Notes under the pieces: model-generated
Told to the model about the DNA's origin: nothing
The model's database searches: none
Seen by the model: only the letters and a program-made list of their open reading frames with translations
DNA from: Takakia lepidozioides
Taxonomy: Eukaryota; Plantae; Bryophyta
Length of the DNA: 64,000 nt
Direction of reading: 5' to 3'
Assembly: GCA_030704615.1 (NCBI GenBank)
Contig: CM060732.1
Span: 6,572,001-6,636,000 of the forward strand
Made by a program: the position numbers and the translations under genes
Shown: in pieces, positions 37,481 to 50,100 of the stretch
How positions within the stretch are numbered: position 1 is the first letter of the stretch
Layout of the letters: each line of letters starts with the position of its first letter

Positions 37481-40161
37481 GCCCTATGGTGTCATGACAT
37501 CACAAGAACCATGGGGGGGGGGGGCTGTGCAGCAGCAGACCATTCAAAGGCTGCTACCTGCAACCATAAGCTGCTGCTATGAGTGAGAAGCATCCAAGTT
37601 GTCCGTCTGCCAAGGCTGCAGTGAGTAGCTTGCAAAGACCTTTTCACATATTTCCCACTAGGTGCTGGGACAGGTGCTACAACAAACAACGTTGTATATG
37701 TTGCTGGCCCTGATATCAGAACATGGTGCCATCAATCTTAATAATGCGAAAAAGTTGAATATAAGAGCTCATCTGGGGAGGACCTCATCTGGTACTTCGG
37801 GTCGGATGACATTTGTACAGAATGTAGAAAAGAATGTAGAATGACATGGTTATGTTTGCACATTTGAAGTGAAGTTTGGGACCTTGAACCGAGAAAGAGG
37901 GAATGGTCAAAATCAATTCTGACCTGCATTGCTCAAGTTTGCAGTTGGGATATCGGATGGGAAGTGGAACTTTTGCGGGTCAACATTGCTGAAGCCACAC
38001 CAAGCCACACAAAGCTAGCCTTGATAGAGACCTTAATCATGCATGCCTCAACAGAGCCAAGGCTTGGCGAGGGTGGTGCGCATGCCGGTTGACACCACAG
38101 AAAACTACTGGTTTGAACTACTAGTTCGGGACTAAACTGCCATGATAGGGTACCCGTAAAACCATGTTGCTGATTTTAAAAGAAATTTTCGGCAGATTTT
38201 TGCACGCCAGCCTATGTAATTACTCAAAACAATTGTTCATGTTTCTCACAAGTGCTCAGAGACCTTCAAAGATACTAGCAACCAGCAGCAATACTGATCG
38301 CTGCCCAAACCCAACTTCCACTTTGCTTGTTCAACCAAAGCATGAAAAAAATCTATCAGAAATTGCATAGATTGCAGCAGGACCTACATGTTCACACGGT
38401 AGTCGTCGGTAGCACTCCAAAGCTGTACACATCACTTTTCTCCATTGGTCACATATTTAATTCCACAGCATCAGGTGTGAGGGGAACATTTGGATATGTG
38501 GACAGGGCAAGAGAAACTAACCAAGAGAAATTAACCAACTTACCCTAGCCGTCATTGAGTCATCCAATAAAATGTTTGCCGATTTGATGTCACGATACAC
38601 TACTGGTGGTATTGCCTGTGACCCAAAATCCAGCTCCCTTAGTGATACTATGGCTGTAAGGAAAAATGGGTAGTAGGGCAGGATACTTGGTCTTCAAAGC
38701 CTGGAAGTAGATTGAGGTCAGATCCACAGTCCATGTGCCTTGACAATGAACATAGTCAAGGAGAGGTGGTCTGTTGCATCTGCACATGGATGATAAACAG
38801 ACATAGAGAAGACGCCTTCTAATGTCACCCATATATGTAACCTTCTTCTGGTTTGCAAGTCTTATTGTTGCAATCTGCACAGAGACACAGACAGATTCAA
38901 AAGCCAAGGGTGTAAAACATTTCAAAGTTCATATTTCCTTGGATAGGACTAAGAACTGCTTACACTGCTAAGAACTGTCTCTTTATGAAGGATTCCTCAT
39001 TCTGGCATTCTGTAGAGAGGGGGGCAGTAGGCCTGCAGGCCAACTACCCACAGGGCTGAGGAAAGCCATGGGGTATCAGCCCCCTATACCTCCATAACAA
39101 TAGTGTGGAAGTAGTTACTCACACACTGCGCCTGCACACTGGGCCACAAACCGTACCACAGGGATCCAAACTAAACCACGGCGCCAGAATGTTCCAGTGT
39201 GGACTCCAAATGCCTTCTCACTCACCAGAAACGTGGGTGCACAAAGAGTATGAAGCCCATGCTTTGCACATAAATATCCATTTCACTGTTCAGAAATTGA
39301 TCGTCGTATGAACCTTAGCAGCGCATATGGAAACATTGTAGTTGATTGAAGAGTTAATCATCATAATAACATTGCCGGTCCTGAACTGGATGATCAGCTC
39401 TGATTATAGAGGTTCTTAAGATTTATGTAGGGATCGGAAATGCATGCTGCATTGCAGCAAGCTTTCAGCTAATTTGTTGAGGTACAGTGTACGAGTAGAG
39501 GTTTCTACTTATGCTCGTTCTTGCATGTCTACTGCAATAGTTTGTGCCAACAGGATCACGATTGCACAATTGTAATAAACCATGTTATGCAAGTCTCAGA
39601 GTTGTCACTTGTATAAGGGAAAAACAAAGATTGGAAATTTGCCAAGATGGAAGTATGAAAGGGACTGCTGGAGTAGTGAAATTTCTTACTTGGTGTAGCG
39701 CTGGTCAAACCTGAACAACCTCGCCACCTTCCCCCACCAATACATCCTTCATACATCAAGCCGTTTCACCTCCCTACTTGTAATGCAACAGACGTAAATT
39801 GCCTATCCTGGCTTACAGTGTGCACATGATACGGTGCAGTATTCCTATCTACGCTCTGTCCCTTTTGCGCGAACACCAGAGGGTCCATCTGCAATGGGTT
39901 TTGGGGGCAAATGAACTGGTCAGATCACAACAAAGAAACAACTGGATCAATTGGATCATTATGACTTCCTACCCATTCCCTCAGGCAGGCTTAGGGCAAT
40001 TCCAGAGATGGTTCCTACACAGTTTGTCACATGGGCCCAGGGTTAGTATCCCACGGGGTCAATGGCCGTTAAGGTATGGCAAGCCAACGTTTGCAGGGTC
40101 AACATCTTTCTCAAAGAACGAATTAATGCCATGACCTGAGCTGACAAGTAGCTGTCACATA

Positions 40162-40230
40162 TTCTTGTTAACAATCCAGCATGCATTTTTCCCGAATGAC
40201 CTGGCCATAGCGATCACTGCCCAAAAGTAA
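40162..40230 (+). pseudogene. SLAC1/SLAH anion-channel C-terminal fragment
   Basis: Translates FLLTIQHAFFPNDLAIAITAQK*, matching the SLAC1-family motif LHAF...LFPNDLAIAIT. Confidence 0.7.
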
Positions 40231-40574
40231 AAAAGAATACACAGGCTGTGTCATTATTGAGTGCCAGTGACGTAAGCGGGATGTTCTCTGGACGTGGTCA
40301 CACTACTGGTGATCTCTTTATTCTTCCATCGCTTGTTTATCGCTTACATCGCATGGAATTGTTGTGCAGGTCCAAGTTTCTTGGAAGGGCCGAGAAAACT
40401 TGTAGCAGATGGCAAGCTTGCGAATTTTACTGTAGAGGGTATTTTGTTTGAGTCATTTCCACTTGCACTGAGGCGGCAACTTCTTGAGAAACCTCCTCTA
40501 AATCAAAATGAGCTAGACTGGAGGTATGATCTTAAGACGGAATGATGTCTGTGGCTGGCTTCATAGAAGTGAAT

Positions 40575-40645
40575 GTAATAGTGGATTGTGGCGATGACAG
40601 CTGCGGTCATGGGAAACGTGTAAGCCCACCAAACAAATGAAAACT
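40575..40645 (-). pseudogene. SLAC1/SLAH TM9 fragment
   Basis: FSFVWWAYTFPMTAAVIATIHY, the SLAC1/TehA WWAYTFP signature. Confidence 0.8.
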
Positions 40646-41189
40646 TGCACATTTGAGCATCGTTTGTAAGAGCCTGGTCTTTGAATGAAACTGAAGTACA
40701 AAACGCGTTCGAGAGACAAAACGCGATAGTAAATAAACACCGAGCAAAGTCAACAAGAGCGCCTTGCACGGAGAAGCTCGAAAGCGCGGGCGAACGTCGC
40801 CTCCAGAGTGTCTCGTGCACGCAAGTTGCGCGGAGTCCGCAGAGACAGCGAGGACAGGCCACGGTTTGCGTTGAACACCGCTTGCAAAGTGAAATGATGG
40901 CGAAAAGGCCCAAAGCTTGCAACGATGGCGGGAAAGCCTGAAGCTTACGTGACAATGGCAGATCGCGCACTGGAGCTTCAAAGTCCAGGGAAACGTATAG
41001 TGGAGACCCTTTTGTCCCTCGCGATGCGCCTACGTGCCAACATGTACTATTTTTATCAGGCCCGTAGGGGGTCTCATTAGTACAACAACCAAGAACGGGC
41101 AGAATTCAAGAAAACAAAACTCGCAGCCTTCCTAAGAGCCCATTAAACTTCTAATGCATCATTGCAACATACTGCATGTATGTCAAATC

Positions 41190-42780
41190 ATAGCGTCGAT
41201 AGCATTTATCCAACAAAAGCATAAACTTGGAATTAGAGATAGAGGAGGAGTGGGACAATACAGCAAGGATGAGCTACCATATCAATGCAGCTGAGGCTAC
41301 GGAGATACCACGAGGCATTCTGCCGTCATGGATATCAGATGGCTCTTGTTCTTCGGTGTGCCTAAATCCTTACGGCCTTGAGGGATGACATATGCTTGGA
41401 TCATGTGGACATATGTTCCCTCCCACGTGTCTTGTGATGGCATTCCTATGGATCAGCGCTTGCCCAGAATGTCGTTGTCGTTTCTATGAGCTATTTGAAT
41501 TCAACAATTTGAGGTTGAAGGGGGACGAGCGAGCGATGTGAGAATCACTCCGCATTCGGCGGTGAGGGTGTTGGGGACTCAACCGGTTTTTTTTTTTCCC
41601 TCAAAGAAAGGGGACGGTGGCCCTTTTACTCAAATTAAATAAAAAATAAGTGTCACAATGAGGTGGAAAAAATAACCACCAGGAAGGCCGTAAGGTCTCA
41701 CCAAGGGGGAACAATCCCGAAACCAAAGCATACAAGCTACAGAAAAGAATAGGATGGAAGCAAGAAAGTGAAAGGGAATTGGTAAGTAAGGGGGGGTTAC
41801 CTTGGCGGAGAGGGTAGATAAGGTGAGGATGTCGACTAAGAAAAAGAGTAATGGGGAGCCAGCAAGCAGGGAACTAACTGGGCAGTAAACAAGCAAGATT
41901 GGTGCAGATCCTTTAATTGCAGAACTACTGCCTGCAAGATTGGAAATAGCTATGACACAGGTTTGACAGGTCGTTTGCGCCGAGCAACATTTGACTCCGA
42001 TGGAATTCTACGGATCTACAGTTGGGTTACGAATGGGAACTCGAAAGAATGGAGTGTAGAGTGGCAAGCTTTTACATACATCTGTTCCGTAGTGACGGCA
42101 GAATGCAAGCAAAACTAATCAAACTTAAAATGCAGCTGAGTTCTAAACTTAGTAACTCTGGCCTTTATGCACACAGGGTATGAGTACAATCGACACAACC
42201 TGCCATTAGATCAAGACCCACATACATTTCTCAATTGTAAGCTATGGGGGAAACAAATGGTATGGGATGCGGATAGAGCAATGCACTACTACATACATGC
42301 CGAAAACAAGACATACGGTAAATCACGCAAATATTTTTGGGTCACATCTAATTGGGAAATAATGATACATGCAAGAGGCGTATGCAATCAAACCGATAGA
42401 GAGCTATTTTGCCAGAATTTGGGAGGGCATTGGAGCGAGGGAAGGGATAGGTTCTTCCGGCTGTCAGAGATTCCATGGGTGCCGAAATAGAACGAATGGT
42501 ATGACCATCAACCGATTGGGAGGCATTTTTTTATGTTGGAATTGAAAGATGCTACAAAATATTGGTACGAATATCAAGAACATATTGCAATGCTGGCGGT
42601 GAGGATGACATACTGCCTAGAGACCCAACCCAAGAAAGGGCGTTGGACACTTTCAAGGCTAGCATCAAAGAAGCTGTAGAGGCATGGATACAAAGTTGGA
42701 CATACCAATTTGATGGTGTTCCGTGAGTGCATTGGCCGGATGTGCACGTCCTCATTGCTGATTTGGATGCAGCCCGAGCA
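41190..42780 (+). pseudogene. RING-H2 gene copy 2 (5'-truncated, split by a ~660-bp insertion at ~41500-42160)
   Basis: Aligns with 34500-35430 (EIEEEWD..., GSCGHMF.PTC, CPECR, YEYNRHNLP, FCQNLGGHWS). Confidence 0.75.
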
Positions 42781-42807
42781 CTATGTTATACAACAGTCAA
42801 ATTATGA

Positions 42808-45290
42808 GGCCAAATATGAGATCGAACGAAATTCGTTGGAGGGTGAACCACTCGTTTCCCATCGATACAAATTTAGATCATTCCCAAATTTTGCGGGTAC
42901 ATTCAACATACCTACATACAGGCGCTGACCAAATATGAAAGGGAACAAAATTTGTTTGAAGGGTGAATCTTTTGTTCCCCATCGACATGAATTTTGATCG
43001 TTCTCAAACTTTGTGGGTGTGTTGAATATACCCACATACGAGCGCTGGCCAAATATCGAACAAAATTTGCTTGGAGGCTGAACCACTCGTTCCCCATCTA
43101 TACGAGTTTTGATCGTTCTGAAATTTTGTTGTGTGTTGAACATACCCACATATAGGCGCTAACCAAATATTAGATCGAACGAATTTTTTTTGGAGGGTGA
43201 ACCATTCGTTCTCCATCAATAAAAATTGTTCTGAAACTTTGTAGGTGTGTTGAACATACCCACATACAGGTGCTAACCAAATATGAGATCAAACGAAATT
43301 CGATCGGAGGCTGAACCACTCGGTCCCCATTGACGTAAACCCTAAATCCTAAACCCTAAATCCTAACCACTCGTTCCCCATGGACGTGAATTTTGATCAT
43401 TTTGAAACTTTGGAGGTGTGTTGAACATATCTACCTATAGCCACTTACAAAATATGATATCAAACGAATTTGCTTGGGGGCTGAACCATTTGTTCCCCAT
43501 CGACGTAAACCCTAAACCCTAAACAATAACCAATCGTTCCCCATGGACGTGAATTTTGATCGTTCTGAAACTTTGTGGGTGTGTTGGACATATCTACATA
43601 CAACCGTTGGCCAAATATGGGATCAATATAAATTGGTTTCAGGGTGAACGAGTCGTTCCTCATTTACACATATTTTGTGCTCAAACTTTGTGGGTATTGA
43701 ACGTACCTAGATACAAGCCCTAACCAGATCTGACATCGAACGAAATACATTTGGAAGATAAACCACTTGTTCCCCATTGGCATGAATTTTGATCGTGCTA
43801 AAACTTTGTGGGTGTGTTGAGCATACATGCATACAACTGGTAACCAAATATGAGATGAAACAAAATTTGTTTGAAGGGTAAACCTCCCGTTCCCCATCAA
43901 CGTGAATTTTGATCGTTCTCAAACTTTGTGGGTATGTTGAACATATTGATATACAATCGTTGGCCAAATATGAGATCAAACGAAATTTGTTTGGAGGGTG
44001 AACCACTCGTTCTCCATCGATACAAATTTAGATCTTTCCCAAACTTTGCGGGTATGTTCAACATACCTACATATAGGCGCTGACCAAATATGAGATATAA
44101 CAAAATTTATTTGAAGGGTGAACCTCTCGTTCCCCATCGACATGAATGTTGATAATTCTCAAACTTTGTGGGTGTATTCAACATACCCACATACAAGCGC
44201 TGACCGAATATGGATCAAATGAAATTCCACTCATTCTCTATGGATGTGAATTTTGATCGTTCTCAATCTTTGTCGGTGTGTTGAACATATCCCCATATAG
44301 GCACCGACCAAATATAAGATTGAACAATTTGTTTGGAGGGTGAACCACTTGTTCCCCATCGACACGAATTTTGATCGTTCTGATACTTTGTGGGTATGTT
44401 GAACATACCGACAGTCGCTGGCCAAATATGAGATCAAACAAAATTCGTTTGGAGGGTGAACCACTCGTTTCCCATCGATACAAATTTTGGTCGTTCTGAT
44501 ACTTGGTGGGTATGTTGAACATACTGAGATACAACCGCTGGCCAAATATGAGATCGAACGAAATTTATTTGGAGGGTGAACCACTCGTTCCCTATCGATA
44601 CAAATTTTGATCGGTCTCAAACTTTGCAGGTATGTTTAACATACCTACATACAAGCGCTGACTAAATATGACATCGAACGAAATATGTTGGGAGGGTGAA
44701 CCACTCGTTCCTCATTGACACAAATTTTGAAGGTTCTGAAAGTTTTTGGGTATGTTGAACATACATAGATATAAGCGCTAACCAAATATGGCATCTGTAT
44801 AAATTTGTTTGCACGGTCAAAAAGTCGTTCCCCATCGACATGAATTTGTCTCTTTCTTAAACTTTGTGTGTATGTTGAATACGTAAGTCCTACATACAAG
44901 CCTTGACCAAATATGAGATCCTTCGAAATTTTTGAAGAGGGTGATCGACTTGTTGCTCATTGAAATGATTTTGTCTCGTTCTCAAACCTGGTGGGTATGC
45001 TCAACATACCCATTTACACGTCATGGCCAAACATGAGACCAATCTAAATTTGTTTAGAGGGTGTATCACTTGTAGAGGTTGAACGAGTCGTCCCCATCCA
45101 CATGAATTTTCTAATTCTCAAATTTTGTGGGTATGTTGTACATACCTAGATACAAACGCTTATCAAATATGAGAGTAGTCGAAATTTGTTTGGAGGATGG
45201 CCGACTCGTTCCTGGTTGACATGAATTTTCTCGTTCTCAAACTTTGTGAGACGGTTGCATATACCCACTTACACGTCATGACCAAATAAA
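42808..45290 (+). repeat. ~119-120-bp satellite array 2 (~21 units)
   Basis: Unit CCAAATATGAGATCGAACGAAATT...GGGTGAACCACTCGTTCCCCATCGA...GTGGGTATGTTGAACATACCCAC. Confidence 0.95.
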
Positions 45291-47115
45291 AAGCTCCAAC
45301 ACGCAGGCAGATAGCGCAGGTTTTGAATCCATTGTTTGAGAGACGTCGTTGTTTTCCATTGCATGGGAACAAGAGCGAGAAAATGTCTTTGAAGTTCTGA
45401 AAGACGCAATTCAAGTACTCTGGGAACTTGAGAGACTGCATTGGGAAAAGGGGTGTGCTTCCTTGTGTATGGTGCGCAAGACACAATGCGAGAGTGAGAA
45501 ATATCCAACATTAGGAGGGGAAGGGAGGAGAGAGATTGTCTGTAAATGTATCACAATCCCATCGCTGAACTGCCCTATAATTGAGACGCAAACAATGTTG
45601 AGCTATACACGACGAGGCAGCAGCACACCACAGATGGCAAGCGTGGGAGAAGCTGACGACGTGATCACTGGAGCTCTGACACGACCTCACCGATATCTGG
45701 CGTGATCAGGCCGTCAATGGAAGTGGTTAAGAGTTCAAAACTTTGCGGGTCCTTCCCTCAGGCAGAGATTATGCAATGGGTTCTCCCCATTGTCGTAGAA
45801 CCATCTTTTTAGCCAATTGAATGAAATACATTGTCATTTTTCTTAAATGTATTATGAATGAACTGACAGGTCGGGTTGTCAGGTTAATGTTAAGTGAAGA
45901 TTGCAGAGAGAATGGCAATGGGTTCTTGCGACTGTCACGGGACCAGTTTTTCAGGGGAACAATTGCGGTTGGATGAAATACATTGAAATCATCTAGATGA
46001 GGACCGGTATGTTCGACTTATCAACCAATTTTGATTCATTTCAATGCAGAATAATTTGTCCATAATTTTTCCCCAAAGTTTGAGAATGATCAAAATTCAT
46101 GCCACAACCAAATGACTAAGGTGTAGGTGGGAGGAGCACCATTGCTGCCCATTTCACGAGCAACCCACAACGATCGACTGACAGTGCGCAGCCAAGAAAT
46201 GAAGTGCACTCACTGCCCTCTCACTCCTATCTACTTGCTACCTCAATGGCGCAGCGCCTTGAATGCCAAGGTGAGAAGCACAAAAACAAAGCAGGAACAA
46301 AGCAGGAGAAGTGAAGATTCGGGTGTCACGACAACGGGAACCTGCCAACAGCACCAACGGCCACCTGCACTAGCTCCTCACCACGCACCACAAAAGCACG
46401 CGAGATGCGCTCGCAGGCTACACGCCATGCGATACCTGGGAGCAAAATCGAGCTGCCAAAACGAACTCGTCTCTCTCGCTTCACAAAAGGCGATGGCGGT
46501 CTCCGGGCGCGACTGCACCTTACCCACCTGCTCGAGCCCTAAGCCTGCAACCCTAACGCCGATCGCCAAGTGCTCAGGCACACCATGCAATCTTTTTTTC
46601 AAATTCCATTCAGAGAATAAAATTTTATTCCCTAATTTGTAAATCGAAAAGCCCAAAACGGGCTTGGTGGCCGCTTAGGGGTCATTCAGTAACGCCAAAC
46701 TTGTTGTCTATCTATTCCAGAATGTGGATTTCCCTTGATATCAAGTGTTTGACAGTGCTACATACAAACTCACACCAAATATTGAATGGTGGATGCTTGC
46801 AAGGTGCAGGGTCTACTGGAGCTAAACCCTTAGTAGAAAGTCTCAAATACCAACAAGCAATTGTGTGTGTTGAGGATGTAAATACAATCACAGTTTTCAA
46901 ATTCCTGTACTTGTTATTTAAATAAATCGCACCGACACATTCTCCTTCACAAACCACACCTCTGAAGTGCAGATGACCCTCAACATAATGAAAAAGAGGC
47001 TGAAATTGCTTGTCAAGGTGGTGCTCTTGTCATCTGCACAGTGCATAGCCATGTCAATGGCTCATTGTGAGGTCCCATCCTTCTTACAGAGACTAATAAG
47101 GGGAGTTACTCAAAA

Positions 47116-50100
47116 TCATGGGGAGGGGACTGCTTGCTGTAAGCTGGCAACGATCCCTGAGACAGATGCATATGTGCCAAAAATCAAACAAACAATTCCG
47201 ATGGACATGATCGCGGCACAAGAAATGCCCTGCAGCACAGATCCAAACTGCAGCTTAGAGCAGGTTGATGGTATGTTACGGTATAGAACTAGAAACATAA
47301 GCATTCGGAATACTGATTAAATGGTTTAGCAGATGAATGCCAAATGTCCAATGTGTGGCATACCTCGCCAAGCATAACTAGATAGTTCAGAATGCAAGTC
47401 TTCTTCTCTATGCACTCATTCATGTCTACATCCCTTGAGCCTATCTATCTATCCAGAGCCATCAAACTCACAGGGCAATTAGTATTGCATGGGTCTACAA
47501 CTTGTGTGCACTTGACAGTAATCCTTCTCACCCAATCAATTTTTTTTTTTTTCTTCCACTTTAAGGACTTGGTAGGAGAATGTTACCTGAAATATAGTTG
47601 TCTTTTTCCCAAGGATACTGAGATAGCATGCACATGGTAGTATCACAGACTGTCAAAAACCCAAAAGAAGCTCACTAAGTCGAGAGGTTACCGACACATT
47701 ACAGGTTGCTACACTTCCTATCATGCCAGGTAAGTTCTACCTTCAAGATTAGATACCGGGAACTCATAACCTCAGGGCCAAATGTGATGAATCTCAACAT
47801 AGGTCTGCCAAATCAGTTGTTCAACTTGGAAGACTTTAATATTTTTGGTTTCCCAGAAGGTCACAATCACATCCATTACCAGGATTCAATGCAACTGGCA
47901 ACTGGTAGGCCCACATTGATCCTTGAGCAGTGGCCGTAAATGTCTTTCATTTCCAAGATGACAATATCAAGAAATCGCAAATCTAGTATGAAATCCAAAG
48001 CATGGGAAGGAAATACTCACCACAGTCATGCTAAGAAAGGAACCAATAAATGCCATCACGAAACCTGTGTTACCAAACAATCAGCAACAAATTAGACTTC
48101 TCAGGAATCCAGTGAATTGATGAAGGATTGGCTTAACACTGCAGGTTTATCAGTATATGAATGCAAACTGTCTTCTGTTGGTACGAGAGATGTCACTACT
48201 ACAGTCTTGTGACTAAGACCATGCTCCCAATAGGACAAAGCGCAAAAGAAAGAAAGAGAGTGAGATTATTACCAAAGAAAGGCACCAATACCGCAACACC
48301 AACTGTTGAGGCAACCAGGCCCGTGCGAATAAGAAGGGAGTATGAATAATATTCAATAGAGTCGGATCTATGTGGTAGCAGTTCTTCCAAGCTGAGCGCC
48401 ACTGGCGTCATTGTCAATGCGTATGTGCTACTTTCCCAAGGTTAAGGATGAGTTTTGGTTTGCCTTAAAGCATTATAATAGCACGCCAGAATCTATGAGC
48501 TTCTGTTCAATCTACTTTCTGTACCAAGACTCCCACAATTCCAGTGACTAGTTAGTCCACTGATCTTCATTTCACTAACAGTAAGAGAGGGGAAGTTATC
48601 ACTTGCAAACAAAAGTACAGTGTGCTTTCAGCACGAGATTAAAGATCGATGGAGCTCTTCCTTCCCTGTAGGTTAAGTTGCTAAATGCAAGTACGCCATT
48701 TTCCCCCTAACTAAATCAGCTTTCTGTTGAAACCAATGTTGACTGCAAGAAATGTCCATTAGACAACAACAATGGTGACCACTGCTGATATTTACTACTG
48801 TTAAGAATCTAATATCAAAGTCTGAGAACATAACCCTGGCATTGTACAATGAGCTAATTTGTCTGTGTTTGATTGAAGATTCTTCCGGCACTGATGGCAC
48901 TGATGGGAAAATAGGAGTGAGTAATGAATTGTTGCCATATTTTCTACCGTGTTGCCTATTGATGGTTGACAATCAGAGACAGACTTGACATGGAAAGAAA
49001 AGCAACCGTTGAAAGGATATTTTGTGAAAGGATTCACCACCTGCAAAAGCATCACATCCAACGAGAATCCTCATCAGTTTTGACCCTGAACAACTGGACT
49101 TCACTGTTTACATTCCATTAAAAAGCCAGTGCGGCATTGTACAGTACCAAAAATGTTCCTGATCTTACAAAGGTTGATAGAAACAGCAGCAAACTTACTG
49201 TTGTCCACACAGCAATTTCAGAAGCCAGAAACTGCTTAGGTAAGTTGAGTGTGATCTGAGACGCTGTCTCCTGCCCGAACATGGTGAAGCCCATGATTGC
49301 CACACCACCAAAGACCAGCGTGCACAACACAAAACTGCACCCCCAACCTCACTAATTGGCACCTGTGCTGCTAGTGATGAAAACATGTATTACTGTTAGT
49401 TGAGAAAGCTACCAAGTGTATCCATATTGGATTGATCACTGACTTCGTTTGAACATTGGCTGTAAGCTACCCTTGAAAGCATACACAAATCTTGGAGTGC
49501 GCTATGGGGTTTCCACAGAAACCAAATTGTGTGGCAGAGCTTACCACAGCCAATGCTTATTTGTTTACCGGTAATCAGGGTGTTCATTTGAGAGTTGTTA
49601 ACAATGACATCATACGGGTAAGCATGGTGCTAATTCCACCACTCTACCTTTCAAAGGAGATTTATATTTTATAAGTCTGTTGAGGTGCCTTTCCACCCAA
49701 AAAGAGACTCAAAGAAAGAAAGAAAGAAAGAAAGATGGAGGCCTGAGGGCAAGAGAGAGTAATATCCCTTTCCCTATCCTAAGAAAATACTGAGGAGTAA
49801 TTCACATTCAATCAGATCCCTGGGGTATGTACATTTACCCACCTTACTCTTAGTACACTGTTGAAATTGGCTCGGTTTTTCATCGAAGAGTATATATTGG
49901 GGAAAACTGCATGACCTGAGTAGCAAAATCCATAGAGACCAACAGCAACAGGAAGGCCAGATAGTTCCAGCAATGGGCCACTGTGATGGAAGCCAACACC
50001 ATCCACCGCTCCCACCCAAATCACAGAAAGAACCACCACAAGGGATGCAATTACACCCCCCGCTGCAATAACAGTCATGTCAACCACAATAATTACACTG

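Noticed and set aside
37484-38100. Possible small TIR element or solo LTR (TGGTGTCA...TGACACCA)
   Set aside because: Only a short inverted match, with no direct target duplication
42802-45000. Short ORFs with repeated peptides in the satellite
   Set aside because: Artefacts of a ~119-120-bp non-coding unit, with frames shifting between units
45349-46700. ORFs 45349..45705, 46127..46642 and 46378..46656
   Set aside because: No recognisable motif or convincing splice structure
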